From: Candidatus Bathyarchaeota archaeon
Lineage (GTDB): Archaea; Thermoproteota; Bathyarchaeia; TCS64
Assembly (NCBI GenBank): GCA_016783485.1
Contig: JADHWM010000002.1
Location: 1 to 62,727, forward strand
Reading direction: 5' to 3'
DNA: 62,727 bases
In this document: piece by piece, positions 48,206 through 58,591 of the stretch
How positions within the stretch are numbered: the first letter of the stretch is position 1
Layout: each line of letters begins with the position of its first letter
Made by a program: the position numbers and the translations under genes
Notes under the pieces: generated by a model
The model's input: only the letters and a program-made list of their open reading frames with translations
Told to the model about the DNA's origin: nothing
Database searches by the model: none

Positions 48206-49660
48206 CTAGAAGACCAACGACTTGATGATCACCGGAATGAACCCCCGCTCCCCTGTCGGCTCACCGATATCCACATAGTTAAAATCGCTCAACCTGACCT
48301 CGTCGATAGAGATCAGCGCACACCCCGGAGCAACCTCCTCCTGGATCACCCGACCGATACCCATACCGATATCCGCCTCAAACACCAGCACCAAGGCACC
48401 CCCCGCCTCCAACTTATCCCGCTGCACAGAGACCACCGCCTCCGACAACCCCTTCATCTGGAGATAAGAAGGCTGATTAATCACCGAACGCGCAAACGCC
48501 AGCGCAAAGGCATCCCTCCCCGGATCCAGATCATGCATCCCGAGGGCCCACCGGATCTCGACCTCCATCTGCTCCACGGAGAGCACACTGCTCGCAAACC
48601 GGGGAGCCACAACGGGAAGATTACGGATAGGCAGCAGACCCAGATCCGAGATCAGATTCGTCGTCCCGCTCACCTGGAGAGTATACTGGGACTCCCCGAT
48701 CACAGTCGCCCGGATCCTCTCCGCGGGCTCCGCCACAGTCATCGGGAGATCGCACATCCTCCTCCGGATCTCCTCCCCCAGGAGCAACCCGATATCCCCG
48801 AAGCTCCGCTTCTCATAACCGTAGACATACTCAGAGACCCCCCCCGAGAAGAACACGACATCCACACGCCCATCGAACCCCAGCGGCGGGGTCTGCATCA
48901 ACTTCTCCGTCAACGGCGACAACGGCTCACCCCTGATCAACTCGAAAAGAGAATCCGCCAACGACGACGCCAGAGCAGCCTGCTCCTCCTCCGAGACCAC
49001 CTCCCCCACAGAGACCCCGAACCCATTAGCCGAGGCCACTATCTCCGCGGGCCCCTCCACCCTGAGCGCCCGCCCCTCGCCATCCAAAACCACGTGGCGG
49101 GCACCCACGAAGACGCTCGCGGTCTCCACAACCTCCCCCCTCCGGATCACCGCGATTTTCGTAGTCCCCCCGCCCACGTCCACATTCATCACCGTCTTAA
49201 GCCGCCGATCCGAGAGCTCCACGGCACCCGAACCATGGGCCGCCAAGATCGCCTCGTAATTGGGCCCCGCCGTCGCGACCACGAACCTCCCCATCTGGCT
49301 CGAGAACAACTCCAGGATCCTCGCCGCATTATGACGGAGAGCGGCAACCCCCGTGATGATGATGGCCCCGGTGTCAATGTCCTCCGCCTCGAACCCGGCA
49401 CCTCGGTAGGCATCCCCGAGTATCCCCCTCAAACCCTCCGTGTCAATGGTATAATCATCATGGAACGGCGTCAGACAGATCTCCGACATATGAGTGACCT
49501 CCCGGTCAACGATATCGAACTTATGCGTCTCCTCGACGAAACCGAGGCTGAGCTTAGAGAATACCAGCTGAGTGGTGGTGGAACCGATGTCGATTCCCAC
49601 ACTGTTAAAATGGCGTAGCTCCCCCGTCACACCCTCGCCCTGTTCTATGTCCTCGGCCAT
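48206..49660 (-). CDS. eutA: EutA-family ethanolamine ammonia-lyase reactivating ATPase
   Basis: SVGIDIGSTTTQLVFS, DTGAIIITG, FVVATAGPNYE, DVGGGTT, IRATVIG and IPVIIKSLVF. Confidence 0.85.
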   Translation of the reverse strand: MAEDIEQGEGVTGELRHFNSVGIDIGSTTTQLVFSKLSLGFVEETHKFDIVDREVTHMSEICLTPFHDDYTIDTEGLRGILGDAYRGAGFEAEDIDTGAIIITGVAALRHNAARILELFSSQMGRFVVATAGPNYEAILAAHGSGAVELSDRRLKTVMNVDVGGGTTKIAVIRRGEVVETASVFVGARHVVLDGEGRALRVEGPAEIVASANGFGVSVGEVVSEEEQAALASSLADSLFELIRGEPLSPLTEKLMQTPPLGFDGRVDVVFFSGGVSEYVYGYEKRSFGDIGLLLGEEIRRRMCDLPMTVAEPAERIRATVIGESQYTLQVSGTTNLISDLGLLPIRNLPVVAPRFASSVLSVEQMEVEIRWALGMHDLDPGRDAFALAFARSVINQPSYLQMKGLSEAVVSVQRDKLEAGGALVLVFEADIGMGIGRVIQEEVAPGCALISIDEVRLSDFNYVDIGEPTGERGFIPVIIKSLVF

Positions 49661-49773
49661 GATATACTGCTGTACCTGCACCAGTCTATAAAAAAGAAAC
49701 CCCGAAAAACAGAGAGACACAACGAAAAACCCGACTAAAAACCGTAAATACTCAGACGGGTATCTCATCACAG

Positions 49774-51417
49774 GTGAAATATTTGTACGATATCCTGATC
49801 AAAGGCGGGAAAGTCATCACAGGGGCCGGGAACCCCTGGTTCAAAGCCGATGTCGGCATAAAGGATGGAAAGATCGCCAAGGTCGGCCCACTAAAAGGAG
49901 CCGATGCTGGACGAGTGATCGACGCCAAAGGCCTCGTGGTGAGCCCCGGATTCGTCGACCTACACAACCACTCCGACACCAGCATCATGGTGAACCCCCA
50001 AGCCGAGAGCTACATCAGGCAGGGAGTCACCACCCTCGTATTCCCCAACTGCGGATCAGGGGAAGCCCCCCTCAACGACGCCCTCAAAGAACAATTCCGA
50101 AGAGACACACCCGCATTCTTCGACGCGGGGCTCGAACCCGACTGGTCCACATTCGATGAATACCTCAAGAAGATAGAGTCCATAGGCACATCGGTCAACG
50201 TCGCCCCCCTCATCGGATTCGGCACCGTCCGCCGATACGTCATGGGCTACGAGATGAGAGCACCCACCAAGGGGGAACTCGAGGCGATGTACGCCGAAGT
50301 CGAGAAGGCTATGAAAGCGGGAGCCTTCGGAATCACCACAGGCCTCCGGTACATCCCCCAGTCTTGGGCGGAGACCGAAGAGGTCATCGAGGTCGCCAAA
50401 GCAGCGGCGAAATACGACGGAATCCATACAAGCCACCTCAGGGACGAGGGGGATCGAGGAGACCCCATCGGGGCCATCAAGGAGCTCATCGAGATCAGCG
50501 AGAAGGCCGGCCTACCTGGACACATCGCCCACTTCAAGATCCTCTCCAAACCCCACTGGCACGAGTGCGACGAGATCCTCAGGATCATCGAGGAAGCCCG
50601 GGCCAGAGGAGTCGACATCACAGCCGACCAGTACCCCTACCCCGCCAGCGGCTCCAGCCCATTCTCATGGAGCCCCGCATGGGCCCGGGAGGGGGGCGAC
50701 GAGGGGCTCTTGGAGCGCCTCAAGGACCCGGAGACCCGCAAGCGGATCCGGGACGAGCTGGAGCGGGTGATGGAGGTCCGGGGGGGCCCCCAGGCTGCAC
50801 TCATACGCAACTACCCGCTCAAACGGGAGTACATCGGGAAGACCATCGCCGAAATCACCGAGATGCTGGGCAGAGACGACCCCGTGGACACCCTCGTCGA
50901 CATCTACACCGACCACGTCGAGAAGAGCGTCGCCGGGGAGGTCGAGGGCCGCTTCAGCTTCATCAACTTCAACATGACCGACGAGAACGTCAACAAGATG
51001 ATGAAGAAGCCCTGGGTCATGACCAGCAGCGACGGGCGCATCCACGCCCCCTACGGCCCCCTCGTGGAGAGGAACCCCGCCGTCCACCCCCGATTCTACG
51101 GCGCATACCCCCGGGTCCTCGGGAGATACGTCCGGGAATGGGGCGTCCTCACTCTCGAGGAAGCCATCAAGAAGATGACCAGCCTGGGAACCCAACGCCT
51201 CGGCCTACTGGACAGGGGCCTCATCGCCCAAGGGATGTGGGCCGACGTCACTGTATTCGATCCGAAGACAGCCATCGACAAAGCCGAATACACCCCCCCG
51301 GAGAAGAGCGTCGTATACCCGGAAGGGATACCCTACGTCGTCGTGAACGGGGTCCTCACCATAGACGAGGAAGAACACACTGGCGCACTCGCCGGAAAAG
51401 TCCTAAGGAAGAGGTAA
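49774..51417 (+). CDS. N-acyl-D-amino-acid deacylase (D-aminoacylase family)
   Basis: PGFVDLHNHSD, QGVTT..NCG, SHLRDE, DQYPY and HPRFYGAYPRVLG. Confidence 0.9.
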   Translation: MKYLYDILIKGGKVITGAGNPWFKADVGIKDGKIAKVGPLKGADAGRVIDAKGLVVSPGFVDLHNHSDTSIMVNPQAESYIRQGVTTLVFPNCGSGEAPLNDALKEQFRRDTPAFFDAGLEPDWSTFDEYLKKIESIGTSVNVAPLIGFGTVRRYVMGYEMRAPTKGELEAMYAEVEKAMKAGAFGITTGLRYIPQSWAETEEVIEVAKAAAKYDGIHTSHLRDEGDRGDPIGAIKELIEISEKAGLPGHIAHFKILSKPHWHECDEILRIIEEARARGVDITADQYPYPASGSSPFSWSPAWAREGGDEGLLERLKDPETRKRIRDELERVMEVRGGPQAALIRNYPLKREYIGKTIAEITEMLGRDDPVDTLVDIYTDHVEKSVAGEVEGRFSFINFNMTDENVNKMMKKPWVMTSSDGRIHAPYGPLVERNPAVHPRFYGAYPRVLGRYVREWGVLTLEEAIKKMTSLGTQRLGLLDRGLIAQGMWADVTVFDPKTAIDKAEYTPPEKSVVYPEGIPYVVVNGVLTIDEEEHTGALAGKVLRKR

Positions 51418-51420
51418 ACC

Positions 51421-51442
51421 CTCCTCCCCCTTTTTTTTTAAA
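51421..51442. terminator. Pyrimidine/T-run terminator between convergent genes
   Basis: CTCCTCCCCCTTTTTTTTTAAA. Confidence 0.55.
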
Positions 51443-52832
51443 CTGTAACGGCTTTCGCCGCCTCGAAAGGCTTCAAGTACCTGACAAGGAACAGAGGCAG
51501 CAACGTGAAGCTGGATAGAACCCCGAATAGCAGAGGGATATTCCTGGGAAGCAGGTAGCCAATGATGATGCTCGCCGGGATATTTCCCACCCAGGAGAAG
51601 CTCATGTACATCTGGAACACCGTCGCCGACAACGCCAGGGGGGTCGAGTCCGCCATGAGCGCCATGCGGCCCCCGGAGTTTATCCTCTCAACGAAATTCG
51701 AGATGATCGCGAGGACGATGAACCAGGTCACCATCCCCGGCTTCAGGGTCATCCACAGGTAGCCCGTCACTATCACCCCCAACCCCGCAATGAAATAGAT
51801 CCGCTTATGCCCCCACCGATCCGCAGCTATCCCCCCTATGACGGAGGCAGGGATCCCGGAGAGGAGAACCAAGACCGAGATCCGCCCCGCCCTCTCAGGT
51901 GTAAAGCCTCCCACGATCTCATTCATCACTAGGCTGAACATTCCCCCCGTGGGATTACTGATCCTCCTAGTCCCGATGGCGGAACCGACCATGAGGAGAG
52001 CCGCGATGAGCACAGACTTCTCGGTGAACGTGAAGGCGATGGCCTCCCGGCTGAACACCCTCTCCGCCTCCAGCTTTGGCTCCTTCAAGATCAAGAATAG
52101 GAAAGCTAAGAGCCCCACGAGCCCCCCCGTGATAAACACACCCCGATAACCCATCCACGAAATAATCAACGGGCTTAAAAGACTCGCAGCGATGCCCCCC
52201 ACCGCCATCCCGAACGTATTAACCCCACCGAGAACCCGGGCATGCCACTCAGGCGGAGTCACATCCACCGCATAAGAATCCGCAGCTATGTCGAATAGAG
52301 CCCCCGCAGTGGTCATAGCCAGGCACAGAGGAAAGAAGACCGACCACACAGGGACGGCATTAAGATCGGTGACAACGAATCCCAAGATGGCAATAATACT
52401 CAGAACCCCCGTTGCCACGAACAGGGGATGCCTCCTGTAGGTATTCCCCCTGAATCGAACGGGGAAACCGTCCGAGATCATCCCAATGAACATCTTCCAC
52501 TGCCACGATACGTAGACCAGCCCTAGAAACAGGGCAGTGTCAAAAGTATTTACACCCCTAACCTGCATCAGATATAGAGGAGCCCACATGGAGAACGTGA
52601 TCTTCATGTATCCATTCGCGAAGTACGCGAGGCCATAGAAGAGGGCGATAAGTTTAGGACGCCAGACCTCGGATAGGAGCTCCCGCACCCGCTCCTCCTT
52701 AGGGGCCTGCCAGTAAGTGACCCCCCGGGCCTCGAATTCCCTCCTCCACTTCCGACCCAACCCGAAAAGAATCAGATACGCTGATAAAGTGAGACCGAAG
52801 AAGACGAGCCCCAGGGTTTGCTCGAATTTCAT
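51438..52832 (-). CDS. MFS transporter, AmpG/peptide-acetyl-CoA transporter-like
   Basis: WQWKMFIGMISD, DIAADSYAVD and ADRWGHK motifs; extra N-terminal helix. Start placed at ATG 52832. Confidence 0.75.
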   Translation of the reverse strand: MKFEQTLGLVFFGLTLSAYLILFGLGRKWRREFEARGVTYWQAPKEERVRELLSEVWRPKLIALFYGLAYFANGYMKITFSMWAPLYLMQVRGVNTFDTALFLGLVYVSWQWKMFIGMISDGFPVRFRGNTYRRHPLFVATGVLSIIAILGFVVTDLNAVPVWSVFFPLCLAMTTAGALFDIAADSYAVDVTPPEWHARVLGGVNTFGMAVGGIAASLLSPLIISWMGYRGVFITGGLVGLLAFLFLILKEPKLEAERVFSREAIAFTFTEKSVLIAALLMVGSAIGTRRISNPTGGMFSLVMNEIVGGFTPERAGRISVLVLLSGIPASVIGGIAADRWGHKRIYFIAGLGVIVTGYLWMTLKPGMVTWFIVLAIISNFVERINSGGRMALMADSTPLALSATVFQMYMSFSWVGNIPASIIIGYLLPRNIPLLFGVLSSFTLLPLFLVRYLKPFEAAKAVTV

Positions 52833-52977
52833 ATTCCATCGAGTTGTGACTCCATGTATAAATGCGTTTACGGAAAACGAGCGGAGAAAAAAGGATCTAG
52901 ACAGCACTTCCTCCGACAACCCCCCTGCAACCTAAAAAGGTAAAAACGGAAACGCCTCCTAGTAAACGGTATTCACA

Positions 52978-54372
52978 ATGGTGAGTGAACTCGAAAAAAC
53001 GGTCCTCGGGGAGATCTGGTCATCCAACGAGGCGTATGAAACTCTAATCCATCTATGCGACGAGTTCGGAAGCCGATTCGCAGGCACCGAAGGAGAGAAG
53101 CCCTCGGCCGAGTACATCGCGTCCAAGCTCAGAGAGTACGGGCTCGAAAACGTCGCTCTCGACGACTTCAAGTACGTGGGATGGAAGCGGGGCGAGGCCA
53201 AGCTAGAGCTGCTGGAGCCCAGGAATGTGGAGATCTACACCCAATCCCTCGCTCTCTGCCCGCCGACCCCCACAGAGGGCATCGAGGGGGACGTCGTCTA
53301 TCTGGGACCTGGCTTTCCCGAACTCTTCGAGGCAAAGAAAGACGAGATCCACGGCAAGATCGTTCTCTGCACCAGCCAGCCGAGGCCGTCGGGGGCCATG
53401 GTCCACCGGCGCACAAAGTACGGCTACGCGGTGAAGTACGGAGCCGTCGGCTTCATATTCGTGAACCACAATCCCGGGCAGCTTATGCCCACCGGCTCCC
53501 TCCGACCCGCATACAGGATGGCCGGGGAGATCCCCGGAATCGGTGTCAGCTGGGAGACGGGCAGCAATCTGATCAGGATGCTCGATAAAGGACTCGCGAG
53601 CGTGAGGATCACCACCTCAGATATCGTCACTCCCGACACTGAGTCCTGGAACGTCGTGGGGGAGATCCCCGGCACTGACCTCAAGGACCGGGTCATCCTG
53701 GTCGGCGCTCACTTCGAGGGCCATGACATCGCCGTGGGGGCTCTCGACGACGGCTCGGGGGCGGTGGTCATCATGGAGGCCGCTAGAGCACTGGCGAAGC
53801 ACCAGGGGGAGTTCAGGCGCACAATCCGCTTCGTCTGCTTCTCCGCCGAGGAGATCGGAGTCACCGGTTCAACCTGCTACGCAGCCAAGCACAGCGACGA
53901 ACTCGACCGCATTGACCTCATGATCAACTGCGACGGCGCCGGACGGGCCACGGACCACGTCTACCGGGTCTATGGGCCCGACTCCCTCGCAGGCTACCTC
54001 CAGGACCTCGCCGGCAGGATGCACTACAACATGAGGGTGGGCAGAGCCATGGCCGCCTCCTCGGATCACTGGCCTTTCTACATGCAGGGGATACCAGCGG
54101 TCTCCCTCTCGGGCTATAGGAGCCCCGCAGAGGTCGCCAGGGTCGGCCGGGGATGGACCCACACCTCCGCGGACACCATCGACAAGGTGGTCCCCAAGAA
54201 CCTGAAGGACGCCGCGATGGTCCTCGCCCACTCGCTGATCCACCTGGCCAACGAGCCTGGCACCATCGCGGAGAGGACTCCGGTGGAGGAGATCGTGAGG
54301 CGCCTGGAGGAGAGCGGCATGGCCGACACCCTCAGGGTGCAGCTCAAGTGGCATCCTGACTCCATACGGTGA
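52978..54372 (+). CDS. M28-family metallopeptidase with PA domain
   Basis: GAHFE, GALDDGSG, AEEIG, NCD, SDH and HTSAD motifs. No signal peptide. Confidence 0.9.
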   Translation: MVSELEKTVLGEIWSSNEAYETLIHLCDEFGSRFAGTEGEKPSAEYIASKLREYGLENVALDDFKYVGWKRGEAKLELLEPRNVEIYTQSLALCPPTPTEGIEGDVVYLGPGFPELFEAKKDEIHGKIVLCTSQPRPSGAMVHRRTKYGYAVKYGAVGFIFVNHNPGQLMPTGSLRPAYRMAGEIPGIGVSWETGSNLIRMLDKGLASVRITTSDIVTPDTESWNVVGEIPGTDLKDRVILVGAHFEGHDIAVGALDDGSGAVVIMEAARALAKHQGEFRRTIRFVCFSAEEIGVTGSTCYAAKHSDELDRIDLMINCDGAGRATDHVYRVYGPDSLAGYLQDLAGRMHYNMRVGRAMAASSDHWPFYMQGIPAVSLSGYRSPAEVARVGRGWTHTSADTIDKVVPKNLKDAAMVLAHSLIHLANEPGTIAERTPVEEIVRRLEESGMADTLRVQLKWHPDSIR

Positions 54373-54432
54373 TTTGTGGAACCTCTCCTCGCCTGAGAGG
54401 CGGATTAAGGGACGGGTCTGACCCCGATCCGG

Positions 54433-54798
54433 TTAGGCCGGCGCCCCTTCCTTTACCTCGAACTTGGGCTCGTCGGTAACGAGGAAGGGTAATGGCGTCG
54501 GCCTGTTCCTGGGGTAGATCTCGAGAATCCTCTTCCTCAGCTCCATGTCCTTGGGTGTGAAGGGGGCGCGCTCCTTCTGAAAGAGGACCGCCTTGGTGAG
54601 GGATATGAACGCGTTCAGCGTGTCCGCCTTTAGCTTGAGCTCCCTCAGGTCGTAAAGGTGCACGTGCATCTTGGACTCGGTCTCGGGAGGGCTCCTCCAG
54701 CCGACGACGTATTCGGCGAGCTCCTCCTCCATGGCCTCCAAATCAACTGTGGCCGCCCAGAGGAACCTGACGAAATGGTAGGGCTCGTTCTTTTTCAT
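54433..54798 (-). CDS. Hypothetical protein
   Basis: 121-aa ORF filling the gap, with codon usage like its neighbours. Confidence 0.6.
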   Translation of the reverse strand: MKKNEPYHFVRFLWAATVDLEAMEEELAEYVVGWRSPPETESKMHVHLYDLRELKLKADTLNAFISLTKAVLFQKERAPFTPKDMELRKRILEIYPRNRPTPLPFLVTDEPKFEVKEGAPA

Positions 54799-54912
54799 AT
54801 TTCTAGCGAAGCCTCCTCGGCGAAGCTTGGAGTAACCCCCTGAAATCCTAAGATTCGGACAAATAATAATGATACTGAACCAGAAAAAGAGAAAAAAAGG
54901 GGCCGAGGAGGC

Positions 54913-56556
54913 CTAGTCCTCGGCGATTTTATGCCTCAGAGGTATCCCCGCTAGGGCACCGGTGTGCTTGTCGTGCTCGATGGTCAGGGTGCCGTTCACG
55001 AAGACGTACTCGATGCCCTCGGGGAGCTGGATGGGGTCCTGGTATGTGGCCCGCTCCCTCACGTTGAGGGGGTCGAAGACGGTGATGTCGGCCCAGAAAC
55101 CCGGCCGCAGGACGCCTCTGTCCATGAGCCCTAGCTTCGTCGCGCCAGCCGATGTCATCTTCCGGATCGCATCCTCCAGGGTCAGCACCCTCTCTTGCCG
55201 GACGTACTTCCTCAGTATCTTCGGGAAGGTCCCGTAGTTCCGGGGGTGTACGAGCATGTGATAGTTCGCGGGGAGGGGGGAGCCGTCGGTGCCCACCATG
55301 CTGAGGGGGTTCTTGAGGAGCGCCTTGACGTCCTCCTCATGCATCGCCTGACCGATGCCGCCGAGCTCCTTGTCCTCCTTCATCCTGTCGAGGAAGAGGT
55401 CGACGGGCTCCATCCCCCGAATCTCAGCTGCCTCGGTCATGAACTTCCCCACTAGGTCTTGGTCCTCCTCGGTAGCCGTCAGTATCAGCGCCCTGTCCCA
55501 GGTGTGCTCAGCGAGAGTGGTCTCCATCATTTCTTTCACGTAAGCCCTGATCTTCTTGTACATCTCAGGGTCCTTGAGGCGCTCCCGCATCTTCTCGGGG
55601 CCCCCCTCCTCGGCCCAGGTGGGGAATCCACGGACTATGCCGCCCCTGAAGGTCCAAGGATAGACGTCGATGGCGACGTCGACGCCCCGGCGCCTCGCCA
55701 TGTCGATGATCTTGAACCACTGGTCCAAGGATTTCTCCCAGTTCACCGCTCCGCACGCCTTGGCGTGAGTCCAGGTGGTTGGGAGACCCGCTTCTTCACC
55801 GATCTTGATGACCTCCATGATGGACCAGATCTCGCTGTCTATGGTGGTGGTGATGAAGTCCCTTCCGCCTCGGGGATCGCTCTCCCAGCCCCTGCGCCGG
55901 TCGTGACTTGTGTGGATGCCTCCGTACATTGCGGCGACTTTCGCGAGTTCGATGAGTTCATCGGTTTCCGCGTAGTTCCCCGGGGTGTACATTGGTCCGG
56001 TGGAGAGGCCGAAGGCTCCCTCCTCCATGGTCTGGGCGACTAGAGCCTTCATCTCGTCCAGCTCGTCTTTGGTGGGGGCCCTGTTCTCCCATCCCAAGAC
56101 GCAGAGGCGGATCGTTCCGTGGCCTGCCTGGAATGCTCCGTTGATGCTGCAACCCTGGCGCTCGAACCTCGCCATGTATTCTGCTAAGGTCGTCCAGTCG
56201 ACCTCGATGTCGTGTGCGAGTTTAACCCTCCTCTGGATGGCTTCGAGGGCTGCGCCCTTGAGGGGGCCGCTTCCGCTGGTCCCGCATTGGCAGGCGAACT
56301 GGGTGGTGACCCCCTGGTGGATCATCGAGTCTCCCGTAGGGTAGGCGATGAACGGGATCTCTGCGTGGCTGTGCATGTCGATGAAGCCTGGAGAAACGAC
56401 GAGCCCTTTGGCGTCGAGGACCATGTCCGCCTTCGAGGCGGGGAGCCTTCTGTTGATCTCGGCAATTTTCTCTCCTTCGATGGCGAGATCCGCTTTGAAC
56501 CATGGTGCCCCGGTTCCATCCACAACGTATCCGTTTTTGATTAGGTAATCCCACAT
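54913..56556 (-). CDS. N-acyl-D-amino-acid deacylase (D-aminoacylase family), second paralog
   Basis: PGFIDMHSHAE, QGVTT..QCG, DVYPW and HPRNYGTFPKIL. Confidence 0.9.
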   Translation of the reverse strand: MWDYLIKNGYVVDGTGAPWFKADLAIEGEKIAEINRRLPASKADMVLDAKGLVVSPGFIDMHSHAEIPFIAYPTGDSMIHQGVTTQFACQCGTSGSGPLKGAALEAIQRRVKLAHDIEVDWTTLAEYMARFERQGCSINGAFQAGHGTIRLCVLGWENRAPTKDELDEMKALVAQTMEEGAFGLSTGPMYTPGNYAETDELIELAKVAAMYGGIHTSHDRRRGWESDPRGGRDFITTTIDSEIWSIMEVIKIGEEAGLPTTWTHAKACGAVNWEKSLDQWFKIIDMARRRGVDVAIDVYPWTFRGGIVRGFPTWAEEGGPEKMRERLKDPEMYKKIRAYVKEMMETTLAEHTWDRALILTATEEDQDLVGKFMTEAAEIRGMEPVDLFLDRMKEDKELGGIGQAMHEEDVKALLKNPLSMVGTDGSPLPANYHMLVHPRNYGTFPKILRKYVRQERVLTLEDAIRKMTSAGATKLGLMDRGVLRPGFWADITVFDPLNVRERATYQDPIQLPEGIEYVFVNGTLTIEHDKHTGALAGIPLRHKIAED

Positions 56557-56730
56557 GTTCTATCAATCCACATTTTGTCGTTAAGTAATATTTAATTTTC
56601 TACGAATTAATTGAGTTTGAACGCTTTTTATTTCCTGTATTTAGAGAATACGGAGGATCCTCCGAAACTAGACTAAAAAGCTAAATTCACCGTCTAGTTT
56701 AGTTATTGGACATCTAGGATAAATGAGGGA

Positions 56731-58581
56731 ATGGAACGGATGGCGAAACTCAAGAAAGCCCCTGAAGACATGGAATACATTCTAGTCACGGACGTAGGGA
56801 GCACGACGACCAAGGCACGGTTCTTCTCCAACAAGTCGGGAGAGTGGAGGTTCGTCGTGGCCGGCGAGGCCCCCACAACTGTGGAGGCGCCCTATGAGGA
56901 TGTCACCATGGGGGTACAGAACGCAGTCAGGGAGATCGAGGAGCTCACCGGCCATAAGATCCTCGCCCCGGACGGCAGCGGGATCACGGTCCCCTATGAA
57001 CATGGATCCGGCGTCGACCTTTACTGCACCACTAGCAGTGCGGGGGGAGGCCTCCAGATGATGGTGGGAGGGTTCATCAAGGCGATCACAGCGGAGAGCG
57101 CCAACAGGGCAGCCCTCGGGGCGGGCTCGATAGTCATGGACGTCTTCGCTGAGGACGACGGTAGGGCCCCCTACCAGAAAATCAGGAGAATCAGGAGCCT
57201 TCGACCGGATATGATTCTGGTTGCCGGGGGCACCGACGGTGGCGATACGACCCACGTCATTCAACTCATCGAGCTCATAAAGGCCGCCGATCCGAAGCCC
57301 CGACTCGGGGTCTCATACAACCTCCCCCTTGTTTATGCTGGTAACAAGGACGTGCGGCCGCAGGCCCAGAGCCTCCTCGGGGAGAATTTCGCCCTCGAGA
57401 TAGTCGACAACCTCCGCCCAGTCCTCGAGGTAGAGAACACTGAGCCGGCTCGCATGGCCGTCCACGAGCTCTTTATGGAGCACGTCATGAGCCACGCCCC
57501 GGGTTATCCAAATCTCATGAAGTGGACGGACGTGGATATCATGCCTACCCCGGCGGGGGAGGGGATGGCAATCCAGCTTATCGCTGATACGTTCAAAAAG
57601 AACACCATTGGCGTCGGGCTCGGAGGGGCCACCACCAACGTGTATTCGGTCGTTGATTCTCGCTTCGTCAGGAGTGTAAGTGCGAACCTGGGGATGAGTT
57701 ACAGCGTGAGCAACGTGATGAAGGAGGCGGGTCTCGGGGACATCATGCGCTGGCTTCCCTTCAGCAGGGATGAGGAGGATATCGGGCGGCGCCTCTCAAA
57801 CAAGATGATCCGCCCCACAACCATCCCCCAGACCCTTGAGGAGCTCATTATCGAGCACTCTGTCGCCAGGGAGGCTCTCCGCCTAGGCTTGGGACATCAC
57901 AAGAGCATCGCCACGAGGCTCAAGGGCATGAAGCTAGGCGAAGGGATGGACCGGGGCACTTTCTTCGACCAGGAACTCGCTGAGACCTACATCGATATGC
58001 TAACCCTTGAGGTCATCGCTGGAACCGGCGGTCTTCTGAGCCACGCTCCCGACAGGATCCAGAGCATGATGATCCTCACGGATGCTTGGCAGCCTGAGGG
58101 GGTGACCTGGATGTTCCAGGACAGCGTCTTCATGATGCCTCACCTAGGGGTGCTATCCACCGTCTACAGGGATGCCGCCTGGAACATATTCGATAAGGAC
58201 TGTCTTGTCAAGCTAGGTACCAACATCGCTCCGAAGGGAATGATTTCCCAGGGCAGCGAGGTTATGAAGGTGAGTTGGACTGCCCCGGACGGATCCGAAT
58301 TCCAGGAAACGGTGCGAGGGGGAGAGATTAAACGCATCAAGCTCCCGGATGGCGTCGAAGTCGACGCTTTAGTGGAGCCTGCCCGTGGATTGGATGTGGG
58401 CGCTGAGCCTGGGAAGAGTCTCGAGGCGAAGGTTATTGGCGGAATCGGCGGAGTTATCCTCGACGGGCGGGGCAGGCCCATCCAGCTGCCCGATGAGGCT
58501 GAGGCCCGGAGGGCGCTGTTGAGGGAGTGGTTCGCCGTTCTTGAGATGTATCCGGCAGAGATGATCGGTAAGCTGTACTGA
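56731..58581 (+). CDS. Glutamate mutase L (GlmL/MutL)-family ASKHA ATPase
   Basis: TDVGSTTTKA, TSSAGGGL, AALGAG, AGGTDGG, MPTP and GGATTNVYS. Confidence 0.85.
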   Translation: MERMAKLKKAPEDMEYILVTDVGSTTTKARFFSNKSGEWRFVVAGEAPTTVEAPYEDVTMGVQNAVREIEELTGHKILAPDGSGITVPYEHGSGVDLYCTTSSAGGGLQMMVGGFIKAITAESANRAALGAGSIVMDVFAEDDGRAPYQKIRRIRSLRPDMILVAGGTDGGDTTHVIQLIELIKAADPKPRLGVSYNLPLVYAGNKDVRPQAQSLLGENFALEIVDNLRPVLEVENTEPARMAVHELFMEHVMSHAPGYPNLMKWTDVDIMPTPAGEGMAIQLIADTFKKNTIGVGLGGATTNVYSVVDSRFVRSVSANLGMSYSVSNVMKEAGLGDIMRWLPFSRDEEDIGRRLSNKMIRPTTIPQTLEELIIEHSVAREALRLGLGHHKSIATRLKGMKLGEGMDRGTFFDQELAETYIDMLTLEVIAGTGGLLSHAPDRIQSMMILTDAWQPEGVTWMFQDSVFMMPHLGVLSTVYRDAAWNIFDKDCLVKLGTNIAPKGMISQGSEVMKVSWTAPDGSEFQETVRGGEIKRIKLPDGVEVDALVEPARGLDVGAEPGKSLEAKVIGGIGGVILDGRGRPIQLPDEAEARRALLREWFAVLEMYPAEMIGKLY

Positions 58582-58591
58582 TGGGGATGAT

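Noticed and set aside
56731..58581. DNA mismatch-repair MutL
   Set aside because: Name coincidence only: the motifs are ASKHA/GlmL-type, not GHKL ATPase.
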